From NCBI GenBank assembly GCA_964016885.1, contig OZ024742.1:142724001-142788000 (forward strand): a stretch of 64,000 nucleotides of DNA, in the 5' to 3' direction. A program made the position numbers and the translations under genes. Shown piece by piece: positions 50,661-63,440 of the stretch. This stretch comes from Eledone cirrhosa (Eukaryota). Below the pieces are notes generated by a model. That model saw only the letters and a program-made list of their open reading frames with translations. It had not been told where the DNA came from and did no database searches. The number at the start of each line of letters is the position of its first letter. The stretch's first letter is position 1.

Positions 50661-52784
50661 CAAATGATAAAAGAAACCTAGCAATAGAACAAAGTCCTCA
50701 ATGAGTGAAGTTATATTATTTCCATAACAACTAAGAAAACTGTTGAAGATAAACATTATAGCCAATAAATCATTTACTTCTTCTTAAACTGATAAACAAC
50801 ACCTTATCAAACCTTGTCTCAAATGATGGTGGTGGCGGGGATGGGGGTGGGATGGCTATGGCAGTGGCAGTAATGGCAGTGGTGGTGGTAATGATTTATC
50901 CTCCATTAGTTTCAATCAACTGAACTACAATACAACAAGCATTTTCAGGCCATTTTCTATACTGAAGCAGGGATCAACCTTGCAAACCCTAGGATAGACT
51001 TAATCATACTCAGCATGGAGTCCTTTTTGAGATAATATTTTACAGCACAATGCTCCTTCTGGTGCTATCCCTTTTTAGTTGTTTTTTTTTTACAACATAC
51101 AGGGATACAATATACTTATTCTAAACCAGAAATACAGATACTAAATTAATATGGAAGTGGCTGAGTATTCCACAAACATGTATACCCCTATCATAAAATT
51201 GATGATGACGACAATGATTAAATATACATATATATATATTTACTGTTTAGTCAGGGAGAGAAGGAGCACTGAGACAGGTGAGAGAGATTAAGAAACATAT
51301 CATCAAACAGGAAACCTGGTTCAAATGCTTGCAATAGAGTGGACTCCACTAAAGGCACCGAAGGACCAGGTGGTAGTGTGTTAAACTGGGTGACAGATTA
51401 AGTCTCCCACCCAAGAAGGCCACAGCAAGATTTGAACTCTGCCCCAACAAAACATGGTGATAGGCTTGAGAGAGAATATAAGCAAGTACCCAAGTATTTC
51501 AGCTGATTACTCTCAATGTCAACACACCAATTGATAGAAGAGAATAAGAGGGAACATTCAAGTCTTTATCTTTTTTTCTTCTTCTATGTGCACTCCTGGC
51601 ATAATTCTCAGGTTGAATCAGAGTGATACAAAATGGGAAAAGACTGGACTTTGAATTACAGATACAATCCATCTGATGAACTTCTAAAGTTTCTATCTTT
51701 ACCTAGTTAGATTGTCAGGGCCTTAGGTGAAACTGGAGCCATAATAAAACACACTGGGGTTAAACCCAGGATTTCATGATTGTGAAGTGAATTTTTTAAC
51801 TACTTAGCTATGCCTGCATCAACAACCTTAACCTATTTATATCAAGCATCATAATTCTTATTCTATGATACATAGTTGTTTATTTTAAAGTATTTATCTT
51901 AAGACCTTCCATCATAATTTTATGTAAAAACCTTTGCTAAAATATATTCCAAGAACCAGCTTGAAGTTAGCTATTTTATTAAATCTATCAAAATTCTTGA
52001 TTATTTTCGAAATTATTTGAAAATCATAGGCAGTATCTTTCATTAGAAATATGGTAATGAAGGGGTAAATGGTTATAAAACAATACAATTTTTTTAAAAT
52101 CCTTTTGATATCAACCCACCTGAAATTGCCTGTAGTAAGAAATGTTAATTTTTAAAAAAAATTCATTCTAAATCAAACCTTCCATCATAATTCTAAGTAA
52201 GAACCCTTCATTAAGATGTATTCCAAATACCATCTTTAAAATTGCTTATTTTCTTAATTGCTTATTTTCAAAATTCATTGTAATAGTGTCTGAATTGACA
52301 AGATCCCAAACCTTGTTTACTTACTCAGTGGAGTGGAACTCATCAGATCGGACCAAGGAAACAATCTTTCCATTGGTCTTTCCAATTGTTAATTACTATT
52401 TACCAGTCACAACATGAAATAATGTGTCTTGCTCAAAGACATAACACATCGCCCGGCCTGGGAATCCAACTCATAACCTCACAATTGTGAATCCAGCTCT
52501 CTAACCATTAAGTCATTCAAAATATGTTAACAAAAGGGTTACGTCTTGTACTGGATCAAAAATATTCCAGCAGTTAACAGAGAATTAACAATTGAATATG
52601 ATAAGAATTGAGCTGGATTAAATTTGAAAAGATATTTTTCTTCTCAAACCATTTTTATGACCTCAGTGGATTTTACTTTTTTTCAATTAGAAATGTTTCT
52701 TTGTTTTGTTTTATTTTGTTTGTTTACTCTTAATACTTCAAATATTTCAATAAAATATGCTTTTAATCAAAATTATATTTAAAG

Positions 52785-52991
52785 AAAAGTACAAAATCTG
52801 TGGTAGAAACTGCACGGACGTTTTGTACTCTGTTTGCTGACATGGAATGCCGATATCGTCTGCTTGAAGCTAAGAATGATGAAGATTTCCGGAACATTTT
52901 GAAAGAAGAAACGCGTATGTTGTTTAGTAAATTCATTCGGAACTCAAAAGTGACCCTGAAAACTTCTTTAAAGAATACTGAACCAGAAGAG
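52785..52991 (+). CDS. SLC4A11: SLC4A11-like exon
   Basis: tttaaag|AAA ... GAG|gtaaga; 207 nt. KSTKSVVETARTFCTLFADMECRYRLLEAKNDEDF matches SLC4A11 KSTKTAMEVARTFATMFSD..FRQKLLE..TEEEF. Confidence 0.95.
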
Positions 52992-55350
52992 GTAAGAACA
53001 AGAAATAAAGATGATATTTATATAAATAAAAAAACTAATTTACAGGTATTTGAAATGACTTCACCTTACATGAAGTAATAAGGTAAGTAGTAACCACCAA
53101 GAACTAAAGCCAAATATAACTAAACATGTTCACAGAGAATTTCTTTTACTGGTTTCAGTTATTAGACTACGGCCAAGCTGGGGCACCATCTACAAGGGAT
53201 AACTCGATCATATCAACCGAAGTAATTATTTTTTTCAAGTCTGGTACACTTTTAACCTATTTGTAGAACCACTAAGTTAGTGAACAGAAACAAACATTAA
53301 ACATAAATACAGACATGGATACACAAACACGTACATACATCCATCCATCCATACACACATACATACAAATGTACATACCCTACAGATATTTGCGCAGTTT
53401 CTGTGTACAAAATTTCGTTTACAAGGCATTGTTATAGTAGAAGACACTTGCTACACAATGGAATTGAACCTGAAACCACTTGATTGTGAAGCAAATGATT
53501 TGACCACACAGCCATACCTGTTGATAAGTTTATAAACATCAACCTTTCTAAATTCATTCTTATAAGATCCCTGACCTGTTTGGGAGGTCAGTAGCCCCAC
53601 TTCAGTACTGACTTGGCCTATGTAGACTTGGCCAACCCTTGCTAGCAGGGAAAACAAATGTTAAAACGACAATGATGATGATGATGATGATGACGTAAAA
53701 TATGTTTCTTTACTAAAGATGGCAAACTGGCAGAGTTGTTAGAATGGATATTTTTTTCCAGCTCTTTGTGCTCAGCATTCAAACCCAGTCAGAATTGACT
53801 TTACTTTTCATTTTTGGAGGGATTGGTAAAACAAAGTACAAGTCCAGAGTAATGGCTTGGCTGAGATACCTTGCAGTATTTGTTCCATCTAAGTTTCACT
53901 ATGGCCTACATGGATGTTAGATGTAATCAGTCACCCAGTCTAACAAACATCAGGACCTAACATGTGGGTGCCTTTAGCAGAGTCCACTCTACTGCAAACA
54001 TCTGAGCCTTTTGGCCAGGTGTCCTGTTTCAGGATATCTTCATCAACTCCTCCAGTAATGGAAATTGGGAGCATACAAGTGAATGGCCTTCCTCTACATT
54101 TCAGTTGTGGGGAAGGGTTATGATGTCTACCTCATCCTTCTTAACCTCAGCCTCAAAAACCTTTGCAAACTTGTAGTCCCTAAAATCAATATTCACCACT
54201 GTCTGCCTCCCACCAATCTCAGAAGCCCTGAAAAAAGTCATAGGCACTACCTTTTTCAGCCTAAATAAACGATAAAAAAGAATGTTTAATTTCATATGTG
54301 TATATTCCAATAGTGTGTTAGGAAGAGCATCCAACTGTAAAAGCCATGCCAACCTGTCTAGAAGGTCAGTAACTCTGATGAAGCACTGACTTAATCCATA
54401 ATGACCCATTCAGACCATGCCACTATGAAAAAATGAATTTTAAATGAGGATGATGAAGGGTGTTTATTACATAATCTGCTATTGAGGTCAGCCATATGTT
54501 TTGTTCTTTCATTTTGGCAGATTTTAGTGAATGTTTGTGGCTTATGGGTTAGAGACTTGGATTCACAATTATGAGGTTGCAAGTCCGATTCATGGACCAT
54601 GAGATGCATTATGTCCTTGAGCAAGGCACTTTATTTCACGTTGCTCTTTCTGCCACGAGTTGCAACTGGTAGATAGTATTAGCAATGGAAAAACCAATGG
54701 AATCATTTTTCCTTGGTCCAATTTGATGAGTTTCACCCCACTCAGTAAACAAATGAGGTCTGGGATCTTATCGATTGATTAAAAAGAAACAAAGCAAGTG
54801 TCTAAGCATTGATCAGACCTTCTATTTCTGATTCTAGTTTAGAGCATTTGAGCCATTGTTGGCTCACTTCTTCTATGTTCAATCTTACAGCCTACTGAGC
54901 TAAAAGAGATTTTTCTCTTCATTTCTTGTTACTTTTGTTTGTGTATGTGTTTTGCTTTGATTTTATCTCTTGTTTTATTTTATGTTTGTTTGCTTTTTTA
55001 AATGTACGATGATCTACAGTTGTTATCATTTATGGAGAGGATCAATGAACAAGTGGATATGTACAAATGGATAAGATATCAAACTGCTGATGGGCTCATA
55101 GGGATATGATATTGCTACCACCCAGAGGGTTGTCAAATTATTTTCATAAAATGTAGAAAGAAAAAATGTTTTTAATCTAGTTTATTATGTCAGAAAGTAG
55201 CACAAAATGAAAAACTGGATATAAGAGGAATTAGAGGTAGTGTATAGAAGAGGACTACATTGGTAAGGACATGTGCATGGGTGATGATCGCTGGATGAAG
55301 AAGTGTCAAATAATCTCAATGGAAGGATGATGATGATATTATATATATAT

Positions 55351-56338
55351 AAACTTATACCACTATTAGCCGCTAGAGGGTTCTCCCTAAAAATGAAAGG
55401 CAGGTTATACGATGCCTGCATACGAACAGCAATGCTGCATGGCAGTGAGACCTGGGCATTGTGTGCAGAGGATATACGCAGACTAGAGAGGAACGAAGCT
55501 TGCATGCTCCGCTGGATGTGCAATAGTAATATACGTGAACGGCAAAGCATAAACGAACTAAGGAAAAAATTAGAAATAAGAGGGATCAGATGTTGTTTAC
55601 TCGAGAGAAGGCTACGTTGGTACGGTCACGTGATGCGCATGAAAGACGACAGCTGTATAACAAAGTGCAGGGCAATAAAGATAGACGGTAGCCACGGAGT
55701 AGGCAGACACAGAAAAACATGGGACGAGCTGATAAATTCCGACCTCACACGCTTACACCTCTCCAAGACAATGTCACTGGACCGAGACCTTTGGCGGTAC
55801 TCAGTAATAGAGAAGACCCGCCTTACCTAAATACAAAGTAAAAACCTACTACAGTCAGTAGGCATCTCTATCAAAACACCCCCCGTCCCACCACCTCCAC
55901 CCCATCCACACCGCCCCTTTCAATGTACAGTTATGTTGGTCCCACAACATCCAGGCCGAAACAAATGAGATCGTGTAGGTGTCACGACAAAAAAACACAC
56001 AGTCCACGCTGTAAATGTGGCCGTGTAGGCAACACGGTAAAAACCTCCCAGCCCCACACTGTAAATGTGGTTGGTGTTAGGAAGGGCATCCAGCTGTAGA
56101 AAACCCGCCAGACAGTCCACGCTGTAATGTGGCCGTGTAGGCAACACGGTAAAAACCTCCCAGCCCCACACTGTAAATGTGGTTGGTGTTAGGAAGGGCA
56201 TCCAACTGTAGAAAACCCGCCAGACAGTCCTATGCGAGCAAGACAACCACTCTTGCCTCAAGTGGGAAAACCCCCGTCCAAACCCATGCAAGCGTGGAAC
56301 ACGGACGCTAAACCTGATGATGATGATGATGATGATGA
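55351..56338 (+). mobile_element. 5'-truncated RTE LINE with a tandemly duplicated 3' UTR module
   Basis: Open thumb-domain frame to 55830; ~113-bp module repeated (~55999-56111 and ~56112-56230); (TGA)n tail; (TA)n flanks. Confidence 0.93.
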
Positions 56339-56563
56339 ATACATATATATATATATGATGATGATTATTATATATCATCATCTTCATCATTTTATGTCTA
56401 TTGTTCTATGCTTACATGGGTTGGACGGGTCCTTCTCAGTACAGCATTTCTCCACTTGTCGCGTTCCTTTGTCATCTCCTCAGTGAGCTTCAGCAATCTG
56501 AGATCAACTCTCATCACTTTCATCCAGGTCTTCCTTGGTCTTCCTCTACTATGGCGTCCTTCC

Positions 56564-57415
56564 AATCTTTAAGTGGGTCTTTCTCAGGGCCTTTCTACAT
56601 TAGTTAGCTAATTTCCCTCCAGGGGTAGCGTCCACGAACATGACACTCTAGTATCTCTTAAAGATTAAAGTGGTAGAAAAGTCAGGAACTACCATAAAAT
56701 CCCTGATCAGCAAAACATACCCTTTTAAGAAAACCCACTGTACTAATAGGAAATGTGTTATATGTAAAGTAAACCCCCAGATAAACTGTAAAACTAAAAA
56801 CATAGTCTATAGCATAAGATGTACAGAGGGTATGTGCAGAAACATGACAACATACCTAGGTGAGACAGCTCGTAGCATAAGAGAAAGGATAGACCAACAC
56901 TGGGGGGAACTAAAAGGACGAAAAAACAGTTCAGTACTATACGAACATGCCAGACAACAACATGACGGTAACATAGACAACATAGAAATTAAAATAATAT
57001 CTAAACATAGAAATGACCCAGCAGATAGGCAAATCAGAGAGGCAAGCGAAATAGAGCTTAGAAGGCCAAAGCTTAACAGAAAAAATGAATGGAATAACAA
57101 CAACACCCAAACAAACAATACTGACTTAAGAGAAATATAAATAAATAAATAAATAAATAAATATATACACAAGCACAATAACAACAAACACATATAAACA
57201 CACACAAGTAAACTAAGATAGAATACAATAACCAAAACACAGTCACCCAAACGCGAACACACACCAAACACTATACACACATGCAAATGCATGCGCAGAG
57301 AAGAAGACAAAAATAAATAAATAAATAAACAGATAAAATAAAAATAGGGTAGATATACAACAGGAGGAACATAATAGTACCACTGATGATGTTGCATATG
57401 TGCAATGAAAGAATC
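56564..57415 (+). mobile_element. 5'-truncated Penelope-like element (Neptune-type GIY-YIG) with an inverted 5' segment
   Basis: ORF 56670-57140: C...C..C...NC.TKNIVYSIRC...YLGETARSIRERIDQH...RQIREA..I...LNRKNEW. Segment 56564-56653 reads SVMFVDATPGGKLA on the minus strand. Hammerhead-like core at 57383-57410. Confidence 0.87.
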
Positions 57416-57949
57416 AAAGTTAGAAGAAAAAATGTACATAAACATACCAAAATTATGTTTCTACTCCCAGAGGTTTCATTCGCTTTTTGGAAATATCCGA
57501 TCATGGAAACAAACTCAATTGGACAAAAATTTTTTCTTAAATGATCCCCGCCAGAAACGAATTCAACAGGGCTTTGTTCTTAGCCCCCTCCTATTCATTA
57601 TTGTCATACAGGCTATAACAGAGGAATTTAAGTCTGAGTACTCCTATACACCAATGACCTGACCCTCATAGCTAAATCTATGACAGAATTAGAGAAAAAT
57701 TTTAGACATTTCAGCACAACTTGAAAATGTTTGTCCAATTGAGTTTGTTTCCATGGAAATAAACTCAATTGGACAAAAAATTTTTCTTAAATGATCCCCG
57801 CCAGAAACGAATTCAAAGTGGCTAAGAATATATATATATATATATATATGGAAACAAACTCAATTGGACAAAAATTCTTTCTTAAATGATCCCCACCAGA
57901 AACGAATTCAAAGTGACTAAGAATATATATATATATATATGTATATATG

Positions 57950-59915
57950 GGACGAAAACAGCCTGTCCCAAGCGTACCCAACAGAATGTCCAGCCATACG
58001 AGTAAGCAGCATAGTAAGTAAAGCAATTAAGAACATGATGACAGGAAAAGCAGCTGGACCTCCAGGAATAGTTGCTGGGATGGTAGGGCACACCCTAAAC
58101 ACCCATGTTGTAAACCAATGACTGGTATAGCAGCAGCATTGTTAACTGTCACAGAGGAAAAGGAGATACCCTGGAAGTATGTACAGAGGCATCGAGTTGA
58201 TTGATCAGGCCATGTAAGTTACAGAGTCATCGCACAACTGATTAGAGATCGTATACATCTAGATGAGATGTAGTTTGGATTTATACCAGGAAAAAACCCC
58301 ACTAAGGCCCTCTTCCTTGTGAAGCAAATGCAGGAGAAGTACTTGGGTAAAAGCAAGCCATTCTACTTGGAATCTGTGGACCTAGAAAAAGCTTTTGACA
58401 GAGTCCCTTGCTCCATAATCTGGTGGGCCCTCAGAAAACTAGTGGCTCGTGAGGGTGGTACAAAACATGTACAGAGGAGCCACCAACAAAGTCAAAATTA
58501 ACAATGAGTATAGTGAGGATTTCAGTGTGCAAGTAGAGGTCACCAGGGCTTTGTTCTTATCCCCCTCCTATTCATTATTGTCATACAGGCTATAACAGAG
58601 GAATTTAAGTCTGAGTACTCCTATACACCAATGACCTGACCCTCATAACTAAATCTATGACAGAATTAGAGAAAAATTTTAGACATGGTAGCACAGCTTG
58701 AAAATAAAAGGCCTTAAAGTCAACCTGGCAAAGACCAAAATTCTTGTGAACAGAAAAGAAAACAGTGCTCTGATGCTCTCATGGAAATCACTGTTCTGTG
58801 TGCAGGAAAAGAGTAGGTAGAACTCAATCCTGTGTCCTAAATGCGAATTATGGGTACACAAGAGGTGTAGTGGAAAATCAGGCAGGCTAGCAAAGAACAC
58901 AGACTTCATATGTAGACATTGTACAGGGCCAGGAAGCAAAACCCCTTAGGAAACAAACTCTTTTAAATGCACAGAAGACCCCATAGAAACAACCGATGGC
59001 TTCTGCCACTTGGGAAACCAAATCAGCAGCAGTGGTTGATGTGCAGAAAGTACAGTTGCCAGAATAAAGACGGGATGGAAAAAGTTCAGGTAGCTGCTGC
59101 TGTTGTTAGCTACAAAAGGTTTCTTACTCAAGATAAAAGGCAAGCTATATGATGCCTATATGTGAACAGCAATGCTACATGGAAGCAAAACCTGAGCACT
59201 GTGTGCCGAGAATCAACATAGATTGGAAAGAAATGAAGCCTGCATACTCCAATGGATGTGTAACAGTAGTGTGCATGAACAGTGAACTGTAAATGAATTG
59301 AGAGAGAAACTGGGCATAAGAGGGATCAAATGCTGTGTGGAGGAGAGAAGACTGCAGTGGTATGAACATGTGATGCACATGAAGGATAACAGCTGTATAA
59401 AAAGGTGTAGGGCACCTTGGAAGAGGAAAACGTGGGATGAAATGATAAAGGCTGACCTGGTACAGCTGAGCCTCTCGACAGAGATGAGACAGGACTGAGA
59501 CCTCTGGCACTATGACGTACAACAGAAGACCTGAGTCGACAACCCAGTCCAGCCCTCACTGTAAACATGGCATGTGCTTATGGAGGGCATTCAGGAGTCA
59601 TGAAATCCCAGCCAAAAACATGGTCCTGCTATGAGCAACACAGGTCCCAGTGCGGCCAGCTGCCCTGGCCTCCCTCATAACATGCCCACCCAACTCCTAT
59701 TACATGGGTCCGCTGGCCAGACTTGCCTCAAAAGTGTGATCACCCAGTCACACACTGTAAATGTGGTTGATGTTAGGAAAAGCATGCAGCAGCTATAAAA
59801 ATCCCAGCCAAAACATAGGCCCCACTTGATCAGGGTATGGCACAGCCATCTGGCCAAACCTACCTCGTAACAAGACCACCCAGTTCACACTGTAAACATG
59901 GTTGGCACTAGGAAG
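57950..59915 (+). mobile_element. Older, heavily mutated RTE LINE
   Basis: KAIKNMMTGKAAGPPGI, QEKYLGKSKPFYL..VDLEKAFDRVP, PHD-like cysteines, EERRLQWY; many stops and frameshifts. Confidence 0.9.
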
Positions 59916-60574
59916 GACATACTTTCCTTTTTGGCATGGTTTCTCTGTCTGGATGCCCTGCCTAATGCCACCCACATCATGGCATGTACAATGTTCCTTT
60001 TCTTGTGAGACCACTACTACCATGTGACAGAGCAGTTTTTTCATTGTACCAATACTAACACTTTACATTGTGAGCTGGGTGCATTTTATCATGGCACCAG
60101 CACTATCACTTTACAGAGTGGGCTGGGTGCATTTTATTGTGAAATCAGTACTTCAATTTATCAATGTGCACTGAGTGTTGAACACATTTTATTGTAGAAC
60201 TAGTACTATCACATTTAAACACTTGGCATTTGTATCTTTGGTCTTTGGCCAGTCTAAGAGGACAGTGACAGGGAGTGGGGTCACTGAGAACAGGTTTTAG
60301 GCTGCCTGTTACTAATCCGTTGAAGGAGTGGTGGCCTGAAAAGAAGTGAGTGACATCTGGTGGTAATGTAGGGTACATTCGGCTTTCCCTGCTGGCATTG
60401 TTGGATAAGGAGATGGAATTCAGGGATAAATTTGTCAGTGCAAGTTGTGAAGGAAGAGGTGGGATGGGAAAGTAAAAGAAAATATATATATTAAATATAT
60501 GAAATATAAAGTGATTATAGTATATGATGAATGATAAAAGAAAGTAACAATAAATAAATAAATATCTGTTTCAG

Positions 60575-60659
60575 GAGGAGAAGAAACATGCAATTGGACA
60601 AGGAATTGTGGATGATCTGAAACGTCGACTCACCCATTATATGTCTGATTACAAAGATG
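60575..60659 (+). CDS. SLC4A11: SLC4A11-like exon, pre-TM1 helix
   Basis: tttcag|GAG ... G|gtaaga; 85 nt. IGQGIVDDLKRRLTHYMSDYKDG is the SLC4 G.GI..D..RR...Y.SDF.DG motif. Confidence 0.95.
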
Positions 60660-60859
60660 GTAAGAATGCTTTTGAGATATTATTTACAAACTAGTACACT
60701 CATACCATGAATGATGAGGACAATAATAATGAGTCCAGGATTGGTATGCCATATATACCAGGATTAATGGATATATGAACAATCATACAAACTGGAAAAT
60801 TTGATTACTGACACATGGAAGGGATTAAAGATAAAATGATACTTTAATAATTCATTTTT

Positions 60860-60899
60860 ACCGCTTCTCGGCCTTTTGGCTAAGATCAAAGTGTAGTAT
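60860..60899 (+). pseudogene. 3'-truncated U2 snRNA fragment (first ~40 nt)
   Basis: accgcttctcggccttttggctaagatcaaagtgtagtat matches the U2 5' end, including stem-loop I and the GUAGUA branch-point recognition sequence; the match stops abruptly. Confidence 0.92.
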
Positions 60900-61055
60900 T
60901 TTTACCTTTCCTTTTCCTTTGTTTCATCCCTGAGACTTTCGTGCTATAAAACACCACACATTTTCCCTGACATCACATAAAATTCTATGTCTACTTGCTT
61001 TAGCTTAATTGCTATAAGTTAATGTTTTGTCTTTCGTTTCTTACTCCACTGGACA

Positions 61056-61278
61056 GCATTTGGCTTGTGTCAGATGCTGTGATCCCGGGTGGACCAGCAG
61101 TACCGTTGGTAGGGGTTGAAACTGCCAAAGTCCATCTCAACGGCCTATGACCCTGGAGTTCTGTCTTTTGTTTGTATGTTCCTTTTTTTTTTTAATTAAA
61201 AAAAAAGGAACATACAAACAAAAGACAACGGTACTGCTGGTCCACCCGGGATCACAGCATCTGACACAAGCCAAATGC
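61056..61278. repeat. Fold-back duplication of a dispersed repeat (inverted copy of the same repeat at ~37245-37405)
   Basis: Centre tttaattaaa at ~61195; the right arm lacks ~55 bp present in the left arm. Confidence 0.9.
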
Positions 61279-62265
61279 CTCAAAAATTTCCATTGACCCT
61301 CGTGGTGTGTGACCCATCATATGTTTCTGTACCTTATATTTATAAGGTACTGTATAATATATTACGAAAGTATGATTGTCTGGTGTAATAAAACATTGTT
61401 TTTGACTTGCCTCAAAAAATATAATAAAACATGGTTCATAACTTGAATTCAAATTTTTAACAATGTTTTATATACTTTTTATCCAAGTGATAAAAAAGTA
61501 TTTTATTACATCTTCTGAGAATTACACTTTATCAATATTAGAATTTTTTTCAACACACTGTTCCGTGTATGAGTATATTATTGTTAATGCACAGACACAG
61601 ACACACTTACAAAAATAAGTCACTCAAATTTATATATAGATTGTACACACAAGTGTAGTGAATGTTAGACGCTGTTTTTCTGTAGTTTGTCATCACCTCT
61701 TCCTTCTTCAGTCATCTCTAGTGTGTGACGGATGGACGGAAGTGGCTCAAATTTATATATAGATATATATATATCATCATCATCACCCATTTTACGTCCA
61801 TTCTTCCCTGCTAGCATGGATTAGACATTTATATATATATTGAAAAGTCCCTGCTTTAGCATGCAAAATGGCTTTAAAATGGTTGTTGTGTGTTGTTATG
61901 TATGTATAAGTGTATTTGTTTATGTCCTGTAACTGTCATCAACCTTATACACACACACCAAACAAGGAGGCATCCATTCATAAAGAGAGAGACAGATAAA
62001 CAGTCTGATAACATTGTTAGCAGAGCTGATTTCTTGCATGAATGAAAACATTTTAGAGTATTCTAAATATAAAATGCATCATTTTGGAACGATTTTGTCA
62101 GATTGTGTTACTCATATTACAGACAGACAGAAAATACATCACAATCATTATAATTGTTTATACATTTGGCACTAGGCCAGCAATTACCCAGTACATTACT
62201 GGTACTTTATTTTATGAGGTATTAGTTACTTTAAAATATATCTGTTTATTTATTGTTTGATTCAG

Positions 62266-62388
62266 GCTTGAATGGAAAAAAGGCCCTTTGGAAAGTTGTT
62301 CCTGCTTCGTTTTTCCTCTATTTTGCTTGTATTCTTCCAAATATTGCTTATGGAATGATAATCAGCAATGACACACATGGAGCAATTG
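62266..62388 (+). CDS. SLC4A11: SLC4A11-like exon, TM1
   Basis: ttcag|GC ... G|gtaagg; 123 nt. FFLYFACILPNIAYG...DTHGAI matches SLC4A11 [9 protein letters not shown].IAFG.....T.GAI. The gene continues beyond the window. Confidence 0.95.
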
Positions 62389-62943
62389 GTAAGGAGAGAA
62401 AACATAATTTAAAAAAACAACATCAAAATATTCTTTTTTTAAGTTTTTTGCTACCAAAACGCCATAACCTACAAGATGTATTTTATAGTGTTTATAATAT
62501 TGTACCATAATTTATGTAAGAACCTTTGTTAAGTCATGCTCCAAATACCAGCTTAGTAATGAGAGTTAGTTACATTATTAAATCCCTTAAAATTCTTGAT
62601 AATTTTCTAAATTATTTGAAAAGCATAGGCAATCTTTTATTAAATATATGGTGATAAAAGGGTTTAAAATATCTAAATTAATGTAAAATTCGAAATGTTT
62701 ATATTCTCTTTCAACTCTTCTGATACTAAACCACCTGAAACTACCCTTGGTTTTCTTATACAAAACTATTTGTTTTTAAAGTGTTACTATTTAAAATGTA
62801 ATCTTCTACCATATTTTTATGTAAAAACCAGCTTTAAAATGACAATGTTAGCTATATTACTAAATCCTTTCAAATCTTGATTATTTAATTGAAAATCATA
62901 AGCAGTGTCTTTCGTTAGAAATATAGTAATTAAAACATAATAT

Positions 62944-63440
62944 CAGTGCTGGGCTTACTTATAAACCAAATAAGCTATAACTTAGGGCCACACACCCTTA
63001 GGGTGCGTATAAAGTCTTTCCCTGATTATAAACCTTTATTAAGCAAACATAAACAAGATTGAAAAACAGTTTTTGGCACACTTATGACATATGTATAGAA
63101 GTTTTGTTTATTTACACATGAACTTCAGTTCACTGAAATTCATGTATGAATAAACAAAACTTCTAGACATATGTTATAAGTGTGCCAAAAACTGTTTTTC
63201 TATCTTGTTTATGTTTTGCTTAATAAAGGGAAAGATTTTATGCTCACTCTGTATATCTTTTATTTTTCTCACTGGTAAATGGAATTAATGAATTAATTAG
63301 TTTAAAGGAACCTTTTGTAACTAATTTAATTTTGTAATCATTAATAAATAATAATCAAGCATATTTTTTTTACCCAAATTGTTTTTAGAGAAAGGCCTCA
63401 AATATAGCCTAGGGCCTCAGCAGGTAAAAGTCCAGCTCTG
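62944..63440. mobile_element. hAT-type MITE containing a ~250-bp palindrome (63001-63250)
   Basis: TIRs CAGTGCTGGGCTT / AAGTCCAGCTCTG; flanks cataatat and gttaatat; a related left end occurs at ~49177. Internal arms meet at cagt-tc-actg. Confidence 0.75.

Noticed and set aside
56807-57445. 212-aa hydrophobic minus-strand ORF
   Set aside because: Antisense to the Penelope GIY-YIG region and its A/C-rich low-complexity UTR.
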